From assembly GCA_963796275.1 (NCBI GenBank), contig CAWCKY010000007.1, forward strand, positions 96,001 through 160,000: 64,000 nucleotides of DNA, in the 5' to 3' direction. The stretch is from an uncultured Acidobacteriota bacterium (GTDB lineage Bacteria > Acidobacteriota > Blastocatellia > RBC074). Each line of letters starts with the position of its first letter. Position 1 is the first letter of the stretch. A program made the position numbers and the translations under genes. The notes below the pieces were generated by a model that saw only the letters and a program-made list of their open reading frames with translations, was not told the DNA's origin and searched no databases. Positions 41,441 to 52,115 of this stretch are shown here, piece by piece.

Positions 41441-41769
41441 CGTTCGGCCCTTCGCCGCACAGCATCAACCACCTCCATCCCTGCCGTAGGTGAAAGCAAC
41501 TTGAATTCTATCGCCGATGAATCCCGCAATAGGCTGGTAGCGCCGAATAAAACGGCGAAGTCTCTCGACAAGAAATGATTATTCAAATCCTCCCGCGTCT
41601 CCCATTCCTCGATCAAACACACGGCATTCTCGTTTCCCATCTCAAGATAGAAGTGGCAGCCCAGGCACCCCTTCTGATGTTGGATGGAGTCAGTCAATGA
41701 CTGAAACGTTTGCAAGATTTCGCGTGAGTTATATGGAAGCACGGTAACTCTGATAATAGCCATCATCAT
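41437..41769 (-). CDS. Antibiotic biosynthesis monooxygenase (ABM)-like protein
   Basis: KGCLGCHFY..LIEEWETREDLNNHFLS; its stop overlaps the kinase start (ATGA). Confidence 0.8.
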   Translation of the reverse strand: MMMAIIRVTVLPYNSREILQTFQSLTDSIQHQKGCLGCHFYLEMGNENAVCLIEEWETREDLNNHFLSRDFAVLFGATSLLRDSSAIEFKLLSPTAGMEVVDAVRRRAER

Positions 41770-41820
41770 AAATAACGTTTCCTTCAATGAGACATCGAAA
41801 TCTCCGCACCGTGATTGCGA

Positions 41821-41856
41821 CCGCACACTTATCATTTACCGCACACTTATCATTTA
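41821..41856 (+). repeat. Perfect 18-bp tandem duplication
   Basis: CCGCACACTTATCATTTA x2. Confidence 0.92.
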
Positions 41857-41859
41857 AGT

Positions 41860-41874
41860 GCGATTTTCAGGCCG
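41860..41874 (-). promoter_or_regulatory. Possible sigma54 promoter
   Basis: CGGCCTG-AAAA-TCGC upstream of ABM-HK-RR. Confidence 0.45.
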
Positions 41875-41992
41875 CAGTTCCCGCTCGCTGAAGCAACGAT
41901 CTAAATTGTTTTGGCTGATAGTACTTTGGGAGATTACAAGGTCGTTTTACGGCGGTCTTAGATAAACAGATGATTCGCGTTATTCAGCAAAT

Positions 41993-42008
41993 TCGCGGAA
42001 TACCGCGA
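41993..42008. promoter_or_regulatory. Palindromic candidate UAS after bEBP3
   Basis: TCGCGG-AATA-CCGCGA, ~120 bp upstream of the 41860 promoter match. Confidence 0.5.
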
Positions 42009-42014
42009 GTGGAT

Positions 42015-44966
42015 TCAGGAATGGCCATCGGATTTCTGGATTCCGAGTTTAATCATGCGAGTCCGAAGCGTGCTCGGGTTAAGACCCAGAGAATCGGCTG
42101 CTCCGCCGGGCCCGCTGATTTTCCAATTTGTATGCTCGAGTCTTTGGATGATGATCTCGCGTTCCAGTTCTTCGAAACTCTTTATGTTCGCGAAATGGCT
42201 TCCGGTATTTAGTATTGCTTCGAGTTTATCTGCCAGTTGAAGCACGGGGCCCTGAGTATTGATCACCGCCCTTTCAATTACATTGGACAATTCCCGGACA
42301 TTTCCCGGCCATCCATAATTTTGTAGAGCTTTCATCGTCGCCGGTTCCACGCTCTTAATGCCACGGCCCATTTTTCTGCTGAATTGGTTGATAAAGAAGT
42401 TTACCAGAGTAGTGATATCTTCTTTTCGATTGCGGAGCGGAGGCACGGTTATGGGGAAGACGTTGAGCCGGTACCATAGGTCTTCGCGAAAGAGACTTTT
42501 TGTGACTTCCAGCTGCAAGTTACGGTTGCTGGCGGCAATGACTCTCACGTCGACTTTTATAGTTTTGGAACCGCCTACCCGCTCGAATTCACCATCCTGA
42601 AGTACGCGAAGAAGTTTGGGCTGCAGTTCCAGCGGTAACTCACCTATCTCGTCTAGAAAAAGCGTCCCGCCGTTGGCGAGTTCAAACCGCCCGACCTTTC
42701 GTGATTGAGCGCCGGTAAAAGCTCCTTTCTCGTGACCGAACAATTCGCTCTCGATCAGGTTGGCAGGCAACGTGGCACAATTGACTTTCACCAGAGGCCG
42801 GTCTTTGCGCGGGCTGGCCTGGTGAATCGCGCGGGCGATCAACTCTTTCCCGGTACCGGTTTCGCCCATAATCAGAACGGTCGTGTCGGCCGCGGAAACC
42901 TGTTCGACTTTATAGAGCACGTACTTGAGTGCGTCGCTGTTACCGATAATTTCCGTGAAGTTGTGGGTGAGCCTGATCTCTTCTTGTAGATAAACGTTTT
43001 CAGCCTGGAGTTGATTTTTCAGCTCGCTCAGCTCGGCGAGCGCCGTCTGCAACGCTTCCTCGGCGCGTTTGCGCTCGGTGACGTCGCGCGCCATCCCTCG
43101 TACGATAGGGTAGTCAACACCATCCAGGCGCAAAGTGTTGTTGTATTCCCAGATTCGCCTCTCCCCCTTGTTCGTCTCAACCATCATCAACCCGGACGCC
43201 ATCCCCTCTCGCGTTATCATCGCCAGATACTCATCAAACTGGTCGCGAAACTCAGGAGCCATCATATCTCGCATACTATTGTCACTGATGTAATAGTCCG
43301 GGGCGTAGCCCAGGGCCTGGATCATCGCCGGGTTGGCGGAAAGAATTCGCCCAGACAGATCGTGGGTGCAAATCAGGTCGAGGCTGTTCTCGACGATGTC
43401 GCGGTAGCGATCTTCGCTTATCCGCAGTGCAGCCGCGGCATGCTCACGAAGGGTGATGTCGCGCAGGATGACGGTATAGAGTTTCTGACCGCCCGCCTCG
43501 ACCTGCGAGATGGAGGCTTCGATGGGAAACTCGCTGCCGCCGGCGCGCTGCCCATGAATCGCGCCTAGTTTGCCCATGGCCCGTCGCGTGACGAACGTTT
43601 CCTTGAAAGCTCGGATGTGCTCGCGGTGAAGCTCGCGGAACCGTTCGGGCAGAAATCGCTCGATTGGCTGGCCCATAGCCTCCGCCTCGGAACAACCGAA
43701 CATCGCCTCGGCCGCGCTGTTGAATAAGACGACCCGCTGGTTTTCATCGATGGTGATAATCCCGTCCATCGCCGATTCGATGATACCAGCCAGGCGCGCG
43801 CGGTGCTCCATCACCTCCGCCTCCGCTCGCTTGCGGGCGATGGCGTTGGCGAAACTCTCTCCGACGACCTGCAGGCGCGCAACTAATTGCTTGGGCCAGA
43901 TGCGAAACGAATGAAACGTACAAAACACCAGCACGCCGATGCTCGATCCGCGGATTGAGAGCGGGATGGACAGGCTCGATTTGAGCCCTTTCTCTAGACA
44001 ATATTGCCGCTCTGCGTTCGCCTCAGCCGGCAAATCGTCGGGGATACGTGACAGAACCACGTTAAACTGGCTAAGGATCTGTCGCGTATACCATGGAAAT
44101 GCATTTCTATCGATGTTCTTGGGGAAGGGGTTTATCTCGGGAGCAAGAGTTGAGTATGTTATGTGATACAGCGTCTGATCGGGCGAGAATTCGGAAATCA
44201 AAATTTGATCGACCCCGAGAAACTCGCTGAGGCGAACAAGCCACTGATCGATCGCCTGGTCGACTTCATCAACCGGTAAATAGACGAAGGCGGCCGAAAG
44301 TTCCGCCAGCAGAGCCTCGAAGCGATGGCGCTCCTCCGCCGATTGCCTGGCCTTTCTCAGCCTATTCTGCAATCTCAACAAAACGTAGATGAGCAGAGTC
44401 TGGATAATGCACAGGGCGATGATGCCGACAATGTACAATTCATATTCATCCCAGACCGATAAATTCTTAAACAGGACGATGCTCCCGCGCGGTAGTCTCT
44501 TCTCGCTTATTCCCCAACGCCGCATTTGGCGCCATTCGAACATATCCAGATTCGTATCGGTATCGAGTATGGGGATTGCCGCTGGTCGCTCTCCGTTCAG
44601 AATCCGCAGTCCCATTTCGGTGGATTTGACGCCGATGGCCTTGAAGCTGAGCAGGTGACCGCCGATTATGCCTTTCCCGAGGAGGGAGTCAGCGGTGCCA
44701 TAGATTGGTTCGTTCGCAGCCTGGCCAAACAACCGCAGAGCCTCTGGAGTGTCATAGGGGTTTCTGATGCCATTTTGAAACATCGAAACATAATCATCTT
44801 CCGCCGCCCCTGGAGAAGATAGGAATATCAGCGCTGTGTGGATGATGATCAGACCAATTATCAGATGACGACATAGTCTGAGGTGAGACATTACTCTACC
44901 GTTGATCCCGGGCTGAGTCGCAGTAGAGTTGTGAAAATTTTGCCTTAATAAGGTCATGGCAAACAA
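42015..44966 (-). CDS. Membrane-anchored GAF-PAS-PAS sigma54-dependent activator (bEBP3)
   Basis: Partial periplasmic sensor plus TM helix, GAF, two PAS (one FixL-like), GAFTGA, Fis-HTH. Confidence 0.92.
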   Translation of the reverse strand: MFAMTLLRQNFHNSTATQPGINGRVMSHLRLCRHLIIGLIIIHTALIFLSSPGAAEDDYVSMFQNGIRNPYDTPEALRLFGQAANEPIYGTADSLLGKGIIGGHLLSFKAIGVKSTEMGLRILNGERPAAIPILDTDTNLDMFEWRQMRRWGISEKRLPRGSIVLFKNLSVWDEYELYIVGIIALCIIQTLLIYVLLRLQNRLRKARQSAEERHRFEALLAELSAAFVYLPVDEVDQAIDQWLVRLSEFLGVDQILISEFSPDQTLYHITYSTLAPEINPFPKNIDRNAFPWYTRQILSQFNVVLSRIPDDLPAEANAERQYCLEKGLKSSLSIPLSIRGSSIGVLVFCTFHSFRIWPKQLVARLQVVGESFANAIARKRAEAEVMEHRARLAGIIESAMDGIITIDENQRVVLFNSAAEAMFGCSEAEAMGQPIERFLPERFRELHREHIRAFKETFVTRRAMGKLGAIHGQRAGGSEFPIEASISQVEAGGQKLYTVILRDITLREHAAAALRISEDRYRDIVENSLDLICTHDLSGRILSANPAMIQALGYAPDYYISDNSMRDMMAPEFRDQFDEYLAMITREGMASGLMMVETNKGERRIWEYNNTLRLDGVDYPIVRGMARDVTERKRAEEALQTALAELSELKNQLQAENVYLQEEIRLTHNFTEIIGNSDALKYVLYKVEQVSAADTTVLIMGETGTGKELIARAIHQASPRKDRPLVKVNCATLPANLIESELFGHEKGAFTGAQSRKVGRFELANGGTLFLDEIGELPLELQPKLLRVLQDGEFERVGGSKTIKVDVRVIAASNRNLQLEVTKSLFREDLWYRLNVFPITVPPLRNRKEDITTLVNFFINQFSRKMGRGIKSVEPATMKALQNYGWPGNVRELSNVIERAVINTQGPVLQLADKLEAILNTGSHFANIKSFEELEREIIIQRLEHTNWKISGPGGAADSLGLNPSTLRTRMIKLGIQKSDGHS

Positions 44967-45720
44967 TGATCTCCGTCTCCTAAGTCACATCCGTACTTGA
45001 GACATAGGGTTGAAATCAGGTCTGCCACTTATCTATTTGTTCTTTCCGATAGCAATTCTAACACACACACATGGGAATGGAAGTTAAAGCGCTTGGTCAG
45101 AGGAGTTATAGCGATCAGAGCGACCCCCCTGCCTTGATGATAACCTGTAACTTTTTCCTAGTGAAACCTACATGTATTACCAGTATCCAGTTCATTCATG
45201 TATCCATAAAATTCGATCTTGGAAGATTGTCAAATCTGATCGTAATGGATTTGTCATGGCTGGCCGCGAATCACGGACAAGAAGATGTCACCAAATTTCT
45301 CGTCTCCGCCATGTAAGTAATGGGTATGACCATTACTATTCTGAAGGCACCGTATTAAAGCTACGGGGTGCTGTTCTCGGTGCTGCTGTTTTAGGGCAGC
45401 AGCACCGCTTTTTATCATCCTCCCTCGACTGGTATCACGGCATCAGCAGTTTTTCTCATCGGACCTATAAATTCTTGGAGTAGTCCGCAACTTTAGCCAT
45501 CGATAAGTCAGTCTTGCGGAGAGGGTCATGGAGGCGATGAGTTACGATCACCGGATAAGGAAACTGGTGTCTTTTCGGTCTATCTTGAGATTGCAATGAA
45601 GTTCCATGACATTTGAAAGGACGCAAACGGCAGGAAGAGGTTGTCTGTGTTGATGGCCCGGAGAAGAGATCAAAAGTCCGCCGACCAGAAAGCCGGTAGG
45701 CGGACGTTGGAGGGGTACTC

Positions 45721-47766
45721 ATGGCAGTTGTTCTTAGAATAAGCGATAAAATCGTGGGCAAATCTCTGAAGAAAGCCAAATTGGACAAGTCCCGCGGTTC
45801 GGTAGTGACTTCTGAAGCGTTCACAGCAGATCAAAGCAAATACAAAACGGCGGAGTTGAGTTTCGGCAGATTATTTGAATCGGCGCCGGACGCGATGGTT
45901 CTGGTTGATGCTGAGGGCCGAATCGTGCTCGTAAATTCCCAAACGGAGCAATTATTCGGCTATCGGCGTGAAGAGCTGATCGGCGAGTTAATCGAGTTGC
46001 TTATACCGGAACGTTTCCGTGATGGTCGATTTGGCCACCAATCCTGCTATTCATTGGATACGCACATCCGGCCCAGCGGCGTCGAACTAGTCCTTGAGCC
46101 ATACGGCTTGCGGAAAGATGGGGGCGAATTTCCGGTCGAAATCAGCCAGAGTCCCTTGGAAACGAAAGATGGGGTGCTTGTTTCGACCGCTATTCGCGAC
46201 GTCAGCGAACGCAAGCGCATACGAGAGCTGGGCTCGGAGCTCGGGTTTGAAAAATTATCGTCTCGATTATTGGGAACCTTCATCAATCTTCCCACGGCCC
46301 AAATGGATGGCGAGATTGCGAACGCTCTGGAGCAGATTGTCGGGGTGTTTGGCACGAACCGAGCCATTCTCTGTGAGATCGACTCCAGCATGAGTAACCC
46401 GATCGTCCCCCACCGGTGGGATTGGCCTGGAATTCCGCACTCCCGAGAGATAGCAAAAGACAGCCTGCCCTGGTTGTACGATCGTATCCTAAAGGGAGAG
46501 ATAACCGAGCTCTCGCGCCCGGAAGAATTGCCCAAAGAGGCCGTCGCCGAACTCGAGTTTATGAAGTCGGCTGGCCTCAGATCGGCTCTCGTTATTCCAT
46601 TACTGATTGACGGCAAACTGATCGGGTGCCTGGCCACATCCAGCTACCGCAAGCGCATCCCATGGGATACTGTGTTGATCTCGCGATTTCAACAGGTGGG
46701 GAACATTTTTGCGAATGCGCTGACGAGGAGGCGGAATGATGAGAAACTGCAGGCCGCCTTCTCACAGATTTCAGATTTAAAGGAGCGATTGGAGCGAGAG
46801 AATACCTATCTGCGGGAAGAGATCGAGTTCGAGCACAGCCATACGACCACCGTAATCGGGCAGAGCATCGCCATTCGCAGCGTATTGAAGAAAGCTGAGC
46901 AGGTCGCATCTACTGACTCGGTCGTGCTTCTTTCCGGCGAAACGGGCGCGGGCAAAGAGTTGATAGCCAGAACTATTCACGAGCTAAGCAAGCGGAAAGA
47001 CAAGGCGATGGTGAAAGTCAATTGCGCTGCTATGCCTGCGACTCTGATCGAAAGCGAGCTGTTCGGTCGCGAAAAAGGCGCCTACACGGGAGCGCTTTCA
47101 CGTGAGATCGGGCGCTTCGAACTTGCCAACGGCTCGACTATCTTCCTTGATGAAATCGGCGAGTTGCCAACCGAGTTGCAAGCCAAGTTTTTACGGGTCC
47201 TGCAAGATGGTGAATTCGAGCGCCTGGGAAGCTCCAAGACTATGCAAGTTGATGCGCGCGTGATCGCGGCAACCAACCGTGATCTGCAGGTCGCTATCAA
47301 GGATGGCAAATTCCGCGAAGACCTCTACTATCGATTGAGTGTTTTCCCCATCGATATTCCTCCCCTGCGGGAACGCCGCGAAGACCTGCTGGCCATTACC
47401 TGGCATCTCCTGAAGGATTTATGCAAACGGATGGGTAGAAATGTGGAGCGCATCGACCCCGCTACATTGAAAGCGTTTCTTGCGTATTCGTGGCCCGGAA
47501 ACGTCCGCGAACTACGTAACGTTATAGAGCGATATCTCATCCTAAATCCCGGACCAGTATTTCGGGCTGAGGTCCCCGGATCAGATGAATCCCCGCCGCT
47601 TGCCGGGCAAAATCTCGACGAAGTCGAGCGCCGTCATATACAGCAGGTGCTACAGAAAACTCGCTGGCGTATCCGCGGTAAGGGCGGTGCGGCGGAAACT
47701 CTCGGATTGAAGCCGACCACTCTGGAGGCGCGCATGAAGAAGCTGGGAATCACTCGTCCACAATAG
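45721..47766 (+). CDS. PAS-GAF sigma54-dependent activator (bEBP4)
   Basis: [52 protein letters not shown]. Confidence 0.93.
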   Translation: MAVVLRISDKIVGKSLKKAKLDKSRGSVVTSEAFTADQSKYKTAELSFGRLFESAPDAMVLVDAEGRIVLVNSQTEQLFGYRREELIGELIELLIPERFRDGRFGHQSCYSLDTHIRPSGVELVLEPYGLRKDGGEFPVEISQSPLETKDGVLVSTAIRDVSERKRIRELGSELGFEKLSSRLLGTFINLPTAQMDGEIANALEQIVGVFGTNRAILCEIDSSMSNPIVPHRWDWPGIPHSREIAKDSLPWLYDRILKGEITELSRPEELPKEAVAELEFMKSAGLRSALVIPLLIDGKLIGCLATSSYRKRIPWDTVLISRFQQVGNIFANALTRRRNDEKLQAAFSQISDLKERLERENTYLREEIEFEHSHTTTVIGQSIAIRSVLKKAEQVASTDSVVLLSGETGAGKELIARTIHELSKRKDKAMVKVNCAAMPATLIESELFGREKGAYTGALSREIGRFELANGSTIFLDEIGELPTELQAKFLRVLQDGEFERLGSSKTMQVDARVIAATNRDLQVAIKDGKFREDLYYRLSVFPIDIPPLRERREDLLAITWHLLKDLCKRMGRNVERIDPATLKAFLAYSWPGNVRELRNVIERYLILNPGPVFRAEVPGSDESPPLAGQNLDEVERRHIQQVLQKTRWRIRGKGGAAETLGLKPTTLEARMKKLGITRPQ

Positions 47767-47816
47767 TTCAAAGGAAATCAGCGTCCGCTGATACAGTGCC
47801 GTAGCCGCCAATAAGA

Positions 47817-47843
47817 TATTAGGCCGCCCACGAAATATTGGAG
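47817..47843 (+). promoter_or_regulatory. Conserved 27-bp motif, copy 1
   Basis: TATTAGGC-CGC-CCACGAAA-TATTGGAG. Confidence 0.65.
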
Positions 47844-48022
47844 GTCTTTCCGCCTTTGCCGAACCATCCGGACTTATTCTGTGCAGTCGCTGGCAAACAG
47901 TCCTTCCATCCTCAGAAGCCGAAACCTTCTAAATGGTGATGTTATTTCATCACCACTCATAAGCTCAACACACAGCGAAACGATCAGGCCATTGTTTGGT
48001 ATTCAGTTGCGGCTGCGATGTT

Positions 48023-48037
48023 CGGCATTCCCCTTGC
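48023..48037 (+). promoter_or_regulatory. Sigma54 promoter
   Basis: CGGCATT-CCCC-TTGC upstream of the ABM gene at 48130. Confidence 0.7.
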
Positions 48038-48129
48038 AGTCCTTAGCAGGTGGGATCGTTATTCTCACGCGTTTGCGCATTGGAGAATTGACCCTCGGGA
48101 AAATGCGAGCTTAAGGAAGAAGGAGCGAG

Positions 48130-48459
48130 ATGATTATAGAGTTGGTTGGTATCGTTGCTTCTCCGGAGAAACGTGAGGAGTTGGGTCGGGCATTATCATT
48201 TTTGTTGGGGCCAACTCAGGTGGAACCGGGTTGCCTTGGCTCCCTCCTTTATCGGGATTTGTCAGATGCGAATGTGATCTATTTCGAATCTCGCTGGGAT
48301 ACTCTGAACGATTTGACACGACACGTTCGCTCTGAGGGATACAAAAAATTACTACTATTGATGGAACTGGGAGCTGAGCCACCAACTATCGAGTTTTTAA
48401 CGGTTACCGAGGTCAGAGGATTGGAGTTCATCGAAGCCGTTCGGAGGAGGCGAACCTGA
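48130..48459 (+). CDS. ABM-like protein
   Basis: EPGCLGSLLY..FESRWDTLNDLTRHVRS. Confidence 0.85.
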   Translation: MIIELVGIVASPEKREELGRALSFLLGPTQVEPGCLGSLLYRDLSDANVIYFESRWDTLNDLTRHVRSEGYKKLLLLMELGAEPPTIEFLTVTEVRGLEFIEAVRRRRT

Positions 48460-48543
48460 GCCTGTCTGGCTCGCTGATGCAGGCTGAAACAGCAATCTGC
48501 GAACGCGAGGGGCAGCACTGCTAATCAACAGAAGGAGGCAATC

Positions 48544-49089
48544 ATGAAAATAGCACGAATCGTTTTAAGTTCCTGTTTGCTCTTGATTGTGACCAACAAT
48601 GTGTTGGCACAGAAGGTCAACGTGGACTGGGACAAGGCCACCAACTTCTCAGTTTATAAGACGTACACATGGGCCAAGGGCACTCCGGCTCAGAACCCGA
48701 TGATGGCCGATCGAATAGTCAGAGATGTTGATGCACAACTCGCGGCCAAGGGGTTACAAAAGGTTGAACCCTCCGCCAACCCGGATCTGGTTGTCATCTA
48801 TCATGCAGGAAGAGATACCGAGACCCGAATGAATACAATCGACACAGGTATGTATGGTCCTGGATGGGGTCGTTGGGGTTATGGGGGAATGGGGTCGTCG
48901 ACCACTTATGTCGATAATATTCAGGTCGGCCAATTGATCGTCGACATCGGCGATGTCAAGAATAAAAAGTACATCTGGCGTGGAACGGCGAGTGCAACTA
49001 TCCCTGACAAGCCTGAGAAAGGTGAAAAGACGATCAACAAGGCGGTGACGAAGATGTTTCAGAAGTTCCCGCCCCCGGTAAAGAAGTAA
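48544..49089 (+). CDS. DUF4136 exported protein
   Basis: AQKVNVDWDK..NFSVYKTY..GQLIVDI..IWRG..KFPP. Confidence 0.88.
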   Translation: MKIARIVLSSCLLLIVTNNVLAQKVNVDWDKATNFSVYKTYTWAKGTPAQNPMMADRIVRDVDAQLAAKGLQKVEPSANPDLVVIYHAGRDTETRMNTIDTGMYGPGWGRWGYGGMGSSTTYVDNIQVGQLIVDIGDVKNKKYIWRGTASATIPDKPEKGEKTINKAVTKMFQKFPPPVKK

Positions 49090-49199
49090 TTACGGTCGGG
49101 GTGCGAGATAACAATCATACATTCGACCGCTGGCAAGTGATTTACATCTCATATGTGCGAGTCGCAATGAAGAAGTGAACGGAAGCTTTTCGTCCATGA

Positions 49200-49226
49200 T
49201 ATTGGAGCGACCACGAATTATTGGAG
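49200..49226 (+). promoter_or_regulatory. Conserved 27-bp motif, copy 2 (between convergent genes)
   Basis: TATTGGAG-CGA-CCACGAAT-TATTGGAG. Confidence 0.7.
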
Positions 49227-49287
49227 CCCTGTTTTCCGAGTTGTAACAGCAAACTGTTCAACTGTTCTAAATGTATCGAGCCGGGAT

Positions 49288-50760
49288 TCATCTGATACTC
49301 TCGATCTTGGTACCGATCACTTCGCCGGAAACGATCAATTCTACGCGGCGATTTTTCTGTCTTCCATCAGCGGTACTGTTATCCGACACCGGCATCGAGA
49401 ACCCCTTACCGACGGCAGTCACTTGATCCGAGGCAATCCCTTGTGAAATCAGGTATTCGCGGACTGCATTGGCGCGCTGTTCGGAAAGTTTCTGATTGAA
49501 CTCTTCGCCCCCGACGTTATCAGTGTGACCTTCGGCCTCAAGTTTCAGGCCTGGATAGTTGAGGACGATGCCGGACAATCGGGCGAGTTTCTCGCGAGCC
49601 AGCGGCCGCAAGGTGTATTTGCCGGTATCGAAGAGGACATCGCCCATGTTAATGATCAATCCTCGATCACTATCTCTTGTTTCCAGAATAGCGTTGAACT
49701 GCTGCAACAACCGTGCGCGTAATTCCGCTTTTTCGCGCGCGGCCTGTGCCGCGTTCTGTTTTGCCAGATCCTCGGCTTGCTGGGCCTTTACTCGCGCCGC
49801 GTCAGATTCGGCGCGCCGTTGCGCCTCCTGGGCGGTCGTCACTTCAGCGCGCTCCCGCCTTTCCGCCTCGAAACGTCTACCTGCTTCGGCTTTCTCGGCC
49901 TCGGCTTTGGCGAGCGCTTCATTCTCGCGCTGCCGGGCGAGCGCCTCCTCTCTCTGCCTGTTCAACGACAACGTTCGGGCGTCTTCGGCAAACTGCACTG
50001 CCTGACGGGCATTCGTTGCGATCTCCTTCTTGCTCTGATTTCTCGCGACCGCATTTTCTGCTAACTCCAGACTTGATTTCGCGCGGTTGAAAATGTCCGG
50101 GGCGTACTTCTCCGCACCGAGCGATTGAGCGATATGAATCGCGTTGCGGGCTTCGTAGAGTTCCAACGGATATTTCTTGAGGTCCAAGGTCATGCCCAGC
50201 GGGTTTGCCAGCTTGCGGTACTGGTCCCACTCAAGCAAATCGAATTGAGCGTCGAGCAGAAAAAGTTTTCCTTTGACCTTGTCTCGCGGCTCGTTTATCA
50301 GCACTACTTTAGTGCTGGGACGGCGGACTGCGAAATAGGGTTCCGCGGTGACCGCCAGCGCGAAGACCTGGAGTTGTGTAGTCACATCCAGCTTGCTCTC
50401 ACCCTTATCAAGCAGCAATTCGCCGAGATTCTCTACCCGGCCTTCGGTAGAAACCGACCAGAGGACATAGGTCAAATATTCGGCCCCGAACTTGGTGGCC
50501 AGCGGCAAATCGCGAAACTTGGCATTAACTCGTACGAAACCTTGTTTGCTCTCTACCTTGGCCTCGCCCCCGGCGCCCGGTAACAGATCTGTCGGTTTGA
50601 AATCGATGGTTGTCGATCCACCGAGGACCTTATAGTTCACGGCTTTGATTGGTCTTGAAACAAGCTCTTCCCTGATTGTAGGTGACGTGGTTTGTCCCGT
50701 GGCGCGCGGACCCAAGGAAATCAATCCCAATATCAAAAAAACAATTTTTATTCCAGACAT
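49288..50760 (-). CDS. OmpA-family protein with DUF4398-like helical region
   Basis: GDVLFDTGK, EGHTDNVG, LSEQRA, GRQKNRRVE. Start moved to ATG 50760 (signal peptide). Confidence 0.9.
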   Translation of the reverse strand: MSGIKIVFLILGLISLGPRATGQTTSPTIREELVSRPIKAVNYKVLGGSTTIDFKPTDLLPGAGGEAKVESKQGFVRVNAKFRDLPLATKFGAEYLTYVLWSVSTEGRVENLGELLLDKGESKLDVTTQLQVFALAVTAEPYFAVRRPSTKVVLINEPRDKVKGKLFLLDAQFDLLEWDQYRKLANPLGMTLDLKKYPLELYEARNAIHIAQSLGAEKYAPDIFNRAKSSLELAENAVARNQSKKEIATNARQAVQFAEDARTLSLNRQREEALARQRENEALAKAEAEKAEAGRRFEAERRERAEVTTAQEAQRRAESDAARVKAQQAEDLAKQNAAQAAREKAELRARLLQQFNAILETRDSDRGLIINMGDVLFDTGKYTLRPLAREKLARLSGIVLNYPGLKLEAEGHTDNVGGEEFNQKLSEQRANAVREYLISQGIASDQVTAVGKGFSMPVSDNSTADGRQKNRRVELIVSGEVIGTKIESIR

Positions 50761-50840
50761 AATCTTCCCCTTTACCGGCATGAGACTCTTCAACGGGCCC
50801 TGAGGAACCCAATTGCTCAAATATCCCTCGGCCATTCGCG

Positions 50841-51016
50841 TCACTTCACCAGCGGAATATCGACTGCGAGTTCGTACCGCAGCAGAGCGCGGATTTTGTT
50901 TTCAATCTGCAGGTAGCGCGCCGCCTTCCTGCCGGGCAGCACACCGGAAACGAGCAGCAGCAATGACATTACAAAGATCGAAACAGCAAAACTCTTTTCA
51001 GCATAGACTGATTCAT
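50841..51016 (-). pseudogene. Remnant of an exported helical protein gene
   Basis: GAGGAG RBS and ATG; a frameshifted signal peptide (FAVSIFVMSLLLLVSG) is joined directly to VLPGRKAARYLQIENKIRALLRYELAVDIPLVK-stop. Confidence 0.55.
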
Positions 51017-51109
51017 TGTAAATCTCCTCATGAGTTGATTGCCGGATAGATCATCGCCGCAGATGCGGCATTGCCACAGGCGTTGCAGTGCAGGCTATTT
51101 CAGCGAAGG

Positions 51110-52091
51110 CTACTTCTCATCGACGGGACTCCACGTTTTGTCCGGGTTGAAGCGCTCAATTTTCCTCGCGATCTCCAGGGTGTTCGGACCGAGATCCTTT
51201 TGATAGACCACGCCGTCGTGGCTCACCATGAAAGTTTTCACGCCAGTGATGCGGTACTGAGCGGGGGCTGCGATGAGCGCGAAGCCGCCGATCATGGCAC
51301 CCTCTACCACGAAATCCAGCTTGCCTAGGGGGGCTGCTGGGCCTTGTCCTTTCAAGATCTTGAAGTAATAACCGTGGTAAGGCTCGTATTTGCTGCTGTA
51401 GCCATGCTCGATCGCGAGGGCGATCGGTTCTCCCACCGGGCCGCCCCATGAACCGTCGGGGTTCTGCCAGGCCAAACCATCTCGCTTTCCGGGTGTGCTG
51501 ACGATGCGTTGCGCGTACTGATTCACGCTGGAACCGTCGTGCTTCTGAAGGGCATATTCGTGCTGCGCCTCCACGAAGCCGCGGCAAATTTCAATGGCAT
51601 CCAATTCATTCCTTCCGATTCGACGGTATAAAAGCTCTCGACGCCCGGCTTTCGCATCGAATGACCACTTTCCGCCGGATTTCACCAGCGGCACGGGAGC
51701 CGGCCAATCGCCTTTGCCGAGGTTAAGAATCGCACGATTCTTGTTCCTGGGATCGATTGATACTCTCATTCGAACACGGGCCTCTGCGGCAAACTCCATA
51801 GCCTTCTCTTTGTCATAAGCCGGTTCACCAGTTTCAATCAGATCTTGTCCGTCGGGCCCGAAAATCGCATCGAGCTCAGCGACATCGAATTTTTCAGCCG
51901 CTTCGACCAAAGCTTCCGCCGCTTGTTGTGGCGTGTCGAAAGTTCTTGGTTTCGAGCGCGAGGTCGCAGGTGCCTTGCCGGCCTCATGCAGACACAGCAG
52001 GCGGGGCGGGCGACATCAACATCGCGATGACTAGTCCGCAAGCCAGCCTGAAGAGGACTGAACAACGCAGGGTCATTGATTGTAAGCTCAT
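51110..52091 (-). pseudogene. DUF2950 protein with a frameshift after the signal peptide (~51990)
   Basis: Body RTFDTPQQAAEALV..RRIGRNELDAI..PYHGYYFKIL..GVKTFMVSHDGVVYQKDLG. The signal-peptide frame from ATG 52091 ends AVSA-TGA in a different frame. Confidence 0.8.
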
Positions 52092-52115
52092 GTTTTTCCT
52101 CACTGACATGACTGA

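Noticed and set aside
45590-45640. GAAAGGACGCAAA resembling a c-di-GMP-I riboswitch
   Set aside because: The upstream GCAAACC stem and its pairing partner are absent.
47070-47095. GAYTGA instead of GAFTGA in bEBP4 as a sign of inactivity
   Set aside because: F-to-Y is a known natural variant in functional bEBPs.
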